Positions 9,822 through 17,201 of a DNA stretch of 53,303 nucleotides are shown here, piece by piece. The DNA is taken from the IMG/VR virus record IMGVR_UViG_3300030104_000911, positions 1-53,303 of that record. One strand, given 5' to 3'. The notes under the pieces are model-generated. The model saw only the letters and a list, made by a program, of their open reading frames with translations, did no database searches and was not told where the DNA came from. The DNA is from a virus. Taxonomy: Duplodnaviria > Caudoviricetes. The position numbers were made by a program, and so were the translations under genes. Within the stretch, counting starts at the first letter, position 1; every line of letters begins with the position of its first letter.

Positions 9822-11239
9822 TGGCAGCAAATTCATATTTATCAAAAGCAACATCATCAGGTGGAAACCAAAAAACCTTTACAGTATCAGCATGGGTAAG
9901 ACAATCTATGGTGATATCAAATGCAAGACATATTGTAGGTAGTGATGTAGAAGACGATGGTGCAAACTATTGTCATTTTTCTATAGAGTCAGATGGTACA
10001 TTAAAATTTTTATCATTATTATCTTCTAGTATAGTAGCAAATATAGTTTCAACACCTAAGTTTATAGACACGACTGCATTTTACCATTTAGTATTAAGAT
10101 GTGATACAACACAAAGTACCGCAGCAGATAGAGTAAGAATATATGTTAATGGAAGTCAAGTTACTGCTTTTGGCACTAACACTATTCCAAGTCAAAATGA
10201 TGATTTAGGATTATTCAAAAGTGGAAGTGCTACTTTAATTGGTGCAAGACACCCAAGCTCATCTTCAAACTTTTTTGAGGGAGAAATGGGTATGGTTTGT
10301 ATAGCGGATGGGGCTAGTCTAGCTCCTACAGTATTTGGTGAAACAGATAGTACGACTGGATTATGGAAACCTATACTAAGTCCAACTTTCACTGCGGGCA
10401 CAAATGGAGCTATGCTCAAATTTGAAAACTCAGGAGCATTAGGTACTGATAGCAAAGGTTCAAACAACTTTACAGTTAATGGTAATCTTAAACAAAGCCC
10501 TAGTACCGCTACTAATAAATTTCCAGCTTTAAACCCAAGAGGTACTCATGCTGATTATGATGGTGCTAACTATAATCTTAATGCTGGACATACTGCTTTA
10601 ATGACAACAGGTACAAACAGAGTAGCTCCTATTGATATGTGTTTTCAAGGTGGTAAATGGTATTGGGAATGTAAAATAGAAAGTAATGATGCTAAATCAA
10701 CGCTTGGTGTATACATGACTGACTTCTCATCTCCAAAAAGAATAGAACAATTTAATGCTGACTTAGCTTTACAATCAGGTTCTAATGGTGGTAAACGAGC
10801 AGTTAGTTATATGGCAGATGCAAGTTATCATAAAATTCAAAATGCTGGTAACCAAGTTACTTATGGTACTGGTGTAACTAGTGGAGACATTATTATGATG
10901 GCTTTTGATTCTGCTACAGGTAAAAATTGGTTTGGCAGAAATGGTACATGGTTTAACGCACCAGGCACATCTAATGTTGGAGACCCAGCTGCTGGTACAA
11001 ATGACAGTGGTACAGTATTAGTAAATACAGATAATGATTTAATGTCATTTTATGTTAGTGGTCGTAATGCAAGTAGTGCAAATAAAACAATGGATATAAA
11101 TTTTGGACATGGCTACTTTGGAACTACACCAGTCGCATCAGCAAATGCAGATAGTAATGGCAAAGGCTCGTTTGAGTATGCACCACCTACTGGATTCTTA
11201 GCTTTATGTAGCGAAAACATTCAAACAGACGGAGGATAA
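9821..11239 (+). CDS. LamG/ConA-like plus SPRY-domain tail protein
   Basis: TFTVSAWV...FYHLVLRCDTTQ...RIYVNG; GKWYWE...GDIIMMAFD...WFGRNGTW; PPTGFLALC. Confidence 0.8.
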   Translation: MAANSYLSKATSSGGNQKTFTVSAWVRQSMVISNARHIVGSDVEDDGANYCHFSIESDGTLKFLSLLSSSIVANIVSTPKFIDTTAFYHLVLRCDTTQSTAADRVRIYVNGSQVTAFGTNTIPSQNDDLGLFKSGSATLIGARHPSSSSNFFEGEMGMVCIADGASLAPTVFGETDSTTGLWKPILSPTFTAGTNGAMLKFENSGALGTDSKGSNNFTVNGNLKQSPSTATNKFPALNPRGTHADYDGANYNLNAGHTALMTTGTNRVAPIDMCFQGGKWYWECKIESNDAKSTLGVYMTDFSSPKRIEQFNADLALQSGSNGGKRAVSYMADASYHKIQNAGNQVTYGTGVTSGDIIMMAFDSATGKNWFGRNGTWFNAPGTSNVGDPAAGTNDSGTVLVNTDNDLMSFYVSGRNASSANKTMDINFGHGYFGTTPVASANADSNGKGSFEYAPPTGFLALCSENIQTDGG

Positions 11240-11240
11240 T

Positions 11241-12383
11241 ATGGCAACATTTACAAAAATAGCAAAACCATCAGCACACCATGACGAAGTATTATATTCA
11301 GGTAGTGATAGCAACCAAACTATTACTGGTTTAGGTTTTCAACCTGATTGGTTACATATAAAAAATAGAAATGAAAATGGTAACCATAATATTATTGATA
11401 CTGTAAGAGGTATTGATAAAATTGTTTATGTAAATAGTACAGATGGACAAGATACAGAATCAAAAGTATCAGCAATTACTTCAGATGGATTTACTTTAGT
11501 AGGAAATAAACCTAACACTAATGACGCTGATGATGGATTTATAGCACATTGTTTTAAACTAGCTGGTTCAACAACTACCAATGACGCTAGTGCTACAGGT
11601 GTTGGCACAATAGATTCAAGTTATCGTGCAAACACAGATTCAGGTATATCAGTAGTTACATGGACAGGTACAGGTGCAAATGGCACTATAGCTCATGGTT
11701 TAGGAAGAGCACCTGACTGTATAATAATGAAAGATATTTCACAAGATGGTTACCATTGGGAATTTTATATGCACTCAGGTAATGCTGGTGGTAGCCCTGA
11801 AAACTCAGCATCATCAGATGAAGACCATCACATTAGATTTTTTGACAATGATGGTACTGCAGACCCTGATGATGACCATACTTACTTTAATGACACCAAA
11901 CCTACTAGCACAGTATTTTCTATAGGTACTGCTAATAATGTAAATCAAAGTGGCATATCACAAATGGCAATTTGTATTGCAAATACTAACGGCTCAGTAC
12001 GAGCTGGGGCATATCAAGGTAATGGTAAAACTCATGGCTCATATGTCTTTACAGGTTTTAGACCAAGAGCAATATGGGTATCGGGAAGATTAACTGAAGA
12101 CCCTCATTGGAAAACAGTTACAACTAGATTTACCTCTGCTACCAATGCAGCAGCATCAAGTGGTGGTGCTAATCATGGTAATCCAATAGGACATAATTTA
12201 AAGACTGGGGATGCTTCAGCAAAAGCAGAAGTAAACCAATGTAATCTTGATATCTTTAGTAATGGGTTTTCACCAGCTTCAACAGATGGTAAACACAATG
12301 GTGGTGGATATTATTACTACTACATAGCATGGGCAGGTGCACCTATGGTCGGCACAAATAAAGTATTAGGAACAGCATTTTAA
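11241..12383 (+). CDS. Tail-fibre-associated beta protein
   Basis: ITGLGFQPDWLHIKNR, GISVVTWTGTG, AHGLG, YQGNG..GSYVFTGFRP motifs typical of marine phage fibres. Confidence 0.7.
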   Translation: MATFTKIAKPSAHHDEVLYSGSDSNQTITGLGFQPDWLHIKNRNENGNHNIIDTVRGIDKIVYVNSTDGQDTESKVSAITSDGFTLVGNKPNTNDADDGFIAHCFKLAGSTTTNDASATGVGTIDSSYRANTDSGISVVTWTGTGANGTIAHGLGRAPDCIIMKDISQDGYHWEFYMHSGNAGGSPENSASSDEDHHIRFFDNDGTADPDDDHTYFNDTKPTSTVFSIGTANNVNQSGISQMAICIANTNGSVRAGAYQGNGKTHGSYVFTGFRPRAIWVSGRLTEDPHWKTVTTRFTSATNAAASSGGANHGNPIGHNLKTGDASAKAEVNQCNLDIFSNGFSPASTDGKHNGGGYYYYYIAWAGAPMVGTNKVLGTAF

Positions 12384-12394
12384 GAGAAAACTTT

Positions 12395-13165
12395 ATGGGA
12401 GTTAAGCTAAAAAATAATGCATTTGGAACTCTAGCTGCTGGAATTAATAGCTCTGTTACTACAGTAGCTCTTACTGCTGGTCAAGGAGCTAAATTTCCTA
12501 CTACTAGTTCTGATGATTATTTTTATGCAACTCTTATTGATAGCTCAAATAATCTTGAAGTAGTAAAAGTTACTACTCGTTCAACTGATTCTATGACCGT
12601 TACAAGAGCTCAAGACAATACTTCTGCAAGAGCTTTTACAGCAGGTGATAGATTTGAACTTAGACCAAATGCAAAAGTTTTTGAGGATATACTATCAGAA
12701 TCAAGAGATTTAAATGGAGCTGAGTTTATTTTAGATGCTGATGCGGATACTACCATAACTGCTGATACAGACGACCAAATAGATATTAAGATAGCTAACT
12801 CAGATGATTTTCAATTTACTTCAAATAAATTTACAGCACAATTAGGCTCGGGAATAGTACTAACAAAATCAACTGCTACTTCTGATGAAGCAAGCAGTGC
12901 TGGTAGTTTTACTGAAAACAACTACAACATATCTCATACTTTAACTTTAGACGGAACTTTAGCTAATGATGCTGTGTTAGCTGATTTTACGGTTACATCT
13001 GATAAATGTTTAGCTACGTCAGTAGTCGTTGGCACGTGTAGTCTTAAATGCCATGTAGATATACATACGGTAGCAACAGGTTCATTTAAAGTAAGTATAA
13101 CAAATAAGTCTGGAGGTACCTTAGCTGATGATTCAACTATGGTAATAAACTATGCCATCTTATAA
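12395..13165 (+). CDS. Second tail fibre sharing the N-terminal domain of 8385..9821
   Basis: YFYATLIDSSNNLEVVK identical in both proteins; ILDADADTTITADTDDQIDI segment. Confidence 0.75.
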   Translation: MGVKLKNNAFGTLAAGINSSVTTVALTAGQGAKFPTTSSDDYFYATLIDSSNNLEVVKVTTRSTDSMTVTRAQDNTSARAFTAGDRFELRPNAKVFEDILSESRDLNGAEFILDADADTTITADTDDQIDIKIANSDDFQFTSNKFTAQLGSGIVLTKSTATSDEASSAGSFTENNYNISHTLTLDGTLANDAVLADFTVTSDKCLATSVVVGTCSLKCHVDIHTVATGSFKVSITNKSGGTLADDSTMVINYAIL

Positions 13166-13325
13166 ACAAACACCTTTATTAATGTTTCCTAATGGAACAA
13201 TAGCTAGAAGTAAAACAATGGTAGATGGTTGCGTAGTAATAGAAGAACCTGAACTAGAAGAAGCTACAAATATAGTAAACGTAATAGACCAAACAGAAGC
13301 TGTAAAAAAGGCAGAAAAAAAATGA
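13152..13325 (+). CDS. 57-aa hypothetical protein (not in ORF track)
   Basis: MPSYKQTPLLMFPNG...KKAEKK; overlaps the previous stop, ATGA overlap with 13322, fills the gap exactly. Confidence 0.6.
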   Translation: MPSYKQTPLLMFPNGTIARSKTMVDGCVVIEEPELEEATNIVNVIDQTEAVKKAEKK

Positions 13326-13537
13326 AAGATATGAAGGACAATAACGAATTAACGCTTGAAGTTGAGCTTATTAAAAAAGATGTGCACGACATTAAGCATA
13401 ATCATCTAACTCATATTGAAAACGATTTGAGAGATGTAAAACGAGAGGTCTTTAAATTTAAATATATAATCTGGACAATTATTGTTATTTTTGTTTTGAC
13501 TACAGATAAATTTACAGACATATTAAAACTTTTATAG
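13322..13537 (+). CDS. Coiled-coil protein with C-terminal TM helix (holin/XhlA-like)
   Basis: IKHNHLTHIE coil followed by hydrophobic YIIWTIIVIFVL. Confidence 0.6.
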   Translation: MKDMKDNNELTLEVELIKKDVHDIKHNHLTHIENDLRDVKREVFKFKYIIWTIIVIFVLTTDKFTDILKLL

Positions 13538-13547
13538 GAGAAATATT

Positions 13548-13700
13548 ATGCCAGGTGGTAATAAAGTTGGAATGAACACTAAGAAGCCAGGAACCAAGCT
13601 TATCATGAAATATGGTAAAGGTGGAAAGGTTAAGAACGGTAAAATGATGTACGGCACAGGCGGTAAAGTTAAACATAAGAAAATGGGAAAGTGTAAATAA
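13548..13700 (+). CDS. 50-aa Lys/Gly-rich protein with two YGxGGKV repeats (not in ORF track)
   Basis: SD AGGAG; MPGGNKVGMNTKKPGTKLIMKYGKGGKVKNGKMMYGTGGKVKHKKMGKCK; TAATG coupling. Confidence 0.75.
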   Translation: MPGGNKVGMNTKKPGTKLIMKYGKGGKVKNGKMMYGTGGKVKHKKMGKCK

Positions 13701-13870
13701 TGGGAGCTGGGACTAAACATTATTTTAGAAACGGCAAAGAGTTTAAAGGTGCTGTGCATAAAATGCCTAATGGTTCAATACATACAGGCAAAACGCACAC
13801 TGCATCCTCTAAACGAGTTTTCCATTTTAAAGACTTATCCGCTACAGCAAAAAAAGTTGCGAGGGGATAA
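13700..13870 (+). CDS. 56-aa basic His-rich protein (not in ORF track)
   Basis: MGAGTKHYFRNGKEFKGAVHKMPNGSIHTGKTHTASSK...; TAATG overlaps at both ends. Confidence 0.75.
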   Translation: MGAGTKHYFRNGKEFKGAVHKMPNGSIHTGKTHTASSKRVFHFKDLSATAKKVARG

Positions 13871-14118
13871 TGGTTCTTAAAAAATACCAAAGTAAAACTG
13901 GAGGGCTTAATGCAGCAGGTAGGGCTCACTTTAAACGTAAAGAGGGAGCTAACCTCAAACCTCCAGTAACTGGTAAAGCACCTAAAGGTTCTAAAGCTGC
14001 TAAAAGAAGAAAAAGCTTTTGTGCAAGAATGTCTGGTGTAAAAGGGCCAATGAAAGATAGTAAGGGTAGACCGACTAGAAAAGCATTGGCGTTAAGAAAA
14101 TGGAAATGCCGAACCTAA
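13870..14118 (+). CDS. Small basic phage protein, DUF6321-like
   Basis: GGLNAAGR...NLKPPV...RRKSFCARM...ALRKWKC. Confidence 0.7.
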   Translation: MVLKKYQSKTGGLNAAGRAHFKRKEGANLKPPVTGKAPKGSKAAKRRKSFCARMSGVKGPMKDSKGRPTRKALALRKWKCRT

Positions 14119-14738
14119 AACATGTAGCAATCGTTATGCTAATAATCATAGCATTGTACAGTATTGAAAGTGCTGTATCTGATGTGACTTCTAGTGGCTC
14201 AACAACAAATACGCAATCGAATAATGCGGGGTCTAATACCGCAATAACGGGTGGTTACGAATCCAGCACTACTTACCAGTCAGGTTCATCTAGTAATACA
14301 ACTACAAATAACGAAACTAATAATTCTACAAACCAAAAAACTGCTGTAAACAGTGCTAATTCGCCTGGTATGAGCGTGTACGGACAAGACAGCTGTGTAA
14401 TACCGTTAGCTGCTGGAGTAACCGTAATAGGCTTCTCAGGCTCTTTTGGAAGCTATTACACAGACCCAAATTGTGAAAGACGTAAATCAGTAGCTGTGTT
14501 AGCTAAGCTTGGCATGAAAGTCGCAGCAATATCGTTAATGTGTCAAGACGTTGCTGTGTGGCAAGCCATGATGGATGCGGGTACGCCATGTCCTGTAGAT
14601 GGCTTGATAGGCGAAAAAGCTAAAAAAAGATGGATGGAGAAACGTAGAAAAGAAATAACAGGAGAAACTCAAACTAAACGGAGTATGACGTGGAATGAAA
14701 AACCTATACCTAGCGGTAATATTGAGCCTGTTAAGTAG
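14100..14738 (+). CDS. Exported Ser/Thr/Asn-rich protein with Cys-containing C-domain
   Basis: Signal-like N-terminus; four Cys (QDSC, PNCERR, LMCQD, GTPCP). Confidence 0.7.
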   Translation: MEMPNLKHVAIVMLIIIALYSIESAVSDVTSSGSTTNTQSNNAGSNTAITGGYESSTTYQSGSSSNTTTNNETNNSTNQKTAVNSANSPGMSVYGQDSCVIPLAAGVTVIGFSGSFGSYYTDPNCERRKSVAVLAKLGMKVAAISLMCQDVAVWQAMMDAGTPCPVDGLIGEKAKKRWMEKRRKEITGETQTKRSMTWNEKPIPSGNIEPVK

Positions 14739-14823
14739 CTGTGCTTCGCATAGAGTAATACTTGGGGAAATAGAAGTATATGGGAATAACGAGATTAAAA
14801 TTGATGCACCAGAAAAAAAGTAA
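14695..14823 (+). CDS. 42-aa lipoprotein (not in ORF track)
   Basis: MKNLYLAVILSLLSS-CASH: basic start, hydrophobic core, lipobox LSSC; overlaps both neighbours. Confidence 0.65.
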   Translation: MKNLYLAVILSLLSSCASHRVILGEIEVYGNNEIKIDAPEKK

Positions 14824-16543
14824 TATAATTTTTAGTATCATATTTACCATATGTACGGTTCCTAGTTTTTCCTCTGCAGATACAACTGGGAACCTAATAA
14901 CTAATGGTAATTTCAACAACGGCACTACAGGCTGGACTTTATCTGGCGATGCACAAAGAATTAATGATTGTTGCCCAGGAGGGCATGACTTAGAGTTTGG
15001 GGATAGTGGTAGCATAGAACAATCTTTTGACTTGTTATCTAACACCATTACACAACCAATGCTTGATAACGGCATTACTCTAAACTCTAGTGTTGAAGTG
15101 CAAAATGGAGAGTGTGGTGTAGCTCAATGCTGGGGAGGTAGTGGCCCAGCTGATACCTTTACGATTAGACTACAGATTAGAGATATAAATGACAACGTGT
15201 TGTCAGTAACAACACAGGAGAGAACTAATGTTACGGGAATTAATGGAAAAGATTTTACAGATAGCGTTTCGTTTTCTGGGACAGGGTCTAATCAAGGAAA
15301 TATATTTATTAGTGGTGCTGACGGTAATAGTCCTGCTAATCTTGGTGGGCCTAATGTTGATAATATTTCTGTAACTATGGATTATGATTCAGTTGTACTA
15401 TCAGCAACAGAAACAGCAATTATAGCCACAGCATTTGAAGAGATTGAAGAAGTATTATCTACAGAAATAGAAACTGTAGAGTTTATACCTATAGAAGAAT
15501 TTGTCTTTGAAGTTTTTGAAGAACCAGAGATAACATTTGAAATGATTGAAGAAATAACATTTGAAGAAATAGCTGTAGAAGAAATTAACACAGGTATTGT
15601 AGAAATATTTACCGTAGCTATTGAAGAAGAAATTATACCCATGGAGGTAACTTATGAAGAACCAAAGGCCATCGAAACATTCACAACAGAAATCCAAGGC
15701 TTTGAAGAAAGAACTGAAACAAGCGAAGTTATCCAAGAGTTCTTTGCGGAAGCAGGGGAGGCCGTCATCGAAGCCCCTAACTCTAGCGGAATCGTTGAGC
15801 GAGAATCTACACCTCAAGAGATTGGAGGAGGAGAGACAACAGAAGCTTCAGCAGAAGAAATCGGCGGAACAGGAAATGGAGAAACATCAACAGGAAACGA
15901 AACAACAGTTGTTGCACAATCTGAGCAAGAGAGCGGCGGAGGAGTATCATCAGGAGGAGAACAGCTTGAAAATGAAACTGTTGAGAGCGAAAGCGTGGTT
16001 TCAGGAGATGATACATCTAGCGAAACAGAAACTGAAGTCGCTTCTGAAGAAGTAAATGAAACTAACGGAGAAACAGAAACAGTCGATAGTGAACAAGGAA
16101 GTGAAGGAACTGAAGTTGCTAGTACAGACGGGCAAGATACCGAAAGCAGTAATGCAGAGGTGGAAGAAAGCAGGGATAGTGAAAGTTCTAGAGAAATTAA
16201 TACAACGGTTTCAGTAGAAAGTATTGAACGTAAAGTTAATGAAACTATTAAGAGAGTAGACCAAAGACTTATTACAACATCACTTATTGTTGCTAAAGCC
16301 ATGGAAAGTCCACTTTCTATAGACAATTATGGACAAACCAATAATAATATATTTAAGAATCAACCAAATATTGATGGAGGAGATTACTATGACGAAAGAG
16401 AATTTATTGATGTTAGAAATATTTATAATGAAAACCAAAGTATCTATGGAGATATTGTGGCGGAATATCAAGAAACTTTGCAGACTAGCATAGATAATAG
16501 AATTAGAGCTGAAGAACATCTAAGGAGGATACGTGGATATTAA
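14804..16543 (+). CDS. Exported protein: carbohydrate-binding-like beta domain plus long acidic region
   Basis: A start at 14804 gives signal peptide MHQKKSNIIFSIIFTICTVPSFSSA (track start 14780); NLITNGNF...TGW motif; Glu-rich middle. Confidence 0.7.
   Translation: MHQKKSNIIFSIIFTICTVPSFSSADTTGNLITNGNFNNGTTGWTLSGDAQRINDCCPGGHDLEFGDSGSIEQSFDLLSNTITQPMLDNGITLNSSVEVQNGECGVAQCWGGSGPADTFTIRLQIRDINDNVLSVTTQERTNVTGINGKDFTDSVSFSGTGSNQGNIFISGADGNSPANLGGPNVDNISVTMDYDSVVLSATETAIIATAFEEIEEVLSTEIETVEFIPIEEFVFEVFEEPEITFEMIEEITFEEIAVEEINTGIVEIFTVAIEEEIIPMEVTYEEPKAIETFTTEIQGFEERTETSEVIQEFFAEAGEAVIEAPNSSGIVERESTPQEIGGGETTEASAEEIGGTGNGETSTGNETTVVAQSEQESGGGVSSGGEQLENETVESESVVSGDDTSSETETEVASEEVNETNGETETVDSEQGSEGTEVASTDGQDTESSNAEVEESRDSESSREINTTVSVESIERKVNETIKRVDQRLITTSLIVAKAMESPLSIDNYGQTNNNIFKNQPNIDGGDYYDEREFIDVRNIYNENQSIYGDIVAEYQETLQTSIDNRIRAEEHLRRIRGY
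15654..16055 (+). CDS. Candidate overprinted basic coiled-coil protein, +1 frame inside 14804..16543
   Basis: GGAGGT at 15643-15648 before ATG; host codons shift to avoid +1 stops. Confidence 0.5.
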   Translation: MKNQRPSKHSQQKSKALKKELKQAKLSKSSLRKQGRPSSKPLTLAESLSENLHLKRLEEERQQKLQQKKSAEQEMEKHQQETKQQLLHNLSKRAAEEYHQEENSLKMKLLRAKAWFQEMIHLAKQKLKSLLKK

Positions 16544-16766
16544 AACAATAGCGACTGGCATAGGTCTAGTCATAACAATAGCAGGTCTTTTTGTATATCA
16601 GGGGCAATTAATTCAAAGAATAGATGTACTTGAAGCACAGAAAGCACCGAACATAAAACCATTAGAACAGGATATAGCTATTAATAAAGCAGAGATTGCT
16701 GTGCTAAAAGCAAAAATAGATGAGATGAAATCAAGGTCTGACAACCCGTTGGGAGGTGGTTTATGA
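16533..16766 (+). CDS. Membrane-anchored coiled-coil protein (i-spanin-like topology)
   Basis: N-terminal TM (IATGIGLVITIAGLFVY), heptad coil, NPL end; SD AGGAGG. Confidence 0.65.
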   Translation: MDIKTIATGIGLVITIAGLFVYQGQLIQRIDVLEAQKAPNIKPLEQDIAINKAEIAVLKAKIDEMKSRSDNPLGGGL

Positions 16767-17200
16767 TGGGTATCCCAATGGAACTTTTTTCTATGCTCGC
16801 ATCTACGGTGCTTGGTGGAATTATGTCCATTATGGCTCAGAAAGGACAAGCTGAACAAGAAAAACAAAAGATGTTAATGCAACGAGCAGGGTTTGCAGCT
16901 AAACAAACTGATAAAGCTAGACAAATCGCTGACCCACACACGAAGCACACGAGGCGTTGGATTGCCCTCATGTGCGTATTTAGTATTATTGTAGTGCCAA
17001 TAGTGGCTCCAATCTTTACAGATGTAAACATTGCGTATCAAATAATGACAGAAGCATCAAGTGGTTGGTGGATATTTGGAGAGACTTATGAGACATCATA
17101 CTTTGAAGAAGGCAATACAATTTACATAACTAACTTACAATCTCATACAATTTTCTCAATTATCGGATTATATTTTGGAGGGTCGCTTACAAGAAAATAA
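16763..17200 (+). CDS. Multi-TM membrane protein, holin candidate
   Basis: TRRWIALMCVFSIIVVPIVAPIF TM; C-terminal SIIGLYFGGS. Confidence 0.55.
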   Translation: MMGIPMELFSMLASTVLGGIMSIMAQKGQAEQEKQKMLMQRAGFAAKQTDKARQIADPHTKHTRRWIALMCVFSIIVVPIVAPIFTDVNIAYQIMTEASSGWWIFGETYETSYFEEGNTIYITNLQSHTIFSIIGLYFGGSLTRK

Positions 17201-17201
17201 T

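Noticed and set aside
8385-13165. Diversity-generating retroelement or invertible tail cassette
   Set aside because: No reverse transcriptase, no adenine-specific template/variable repeat pair, no invertase
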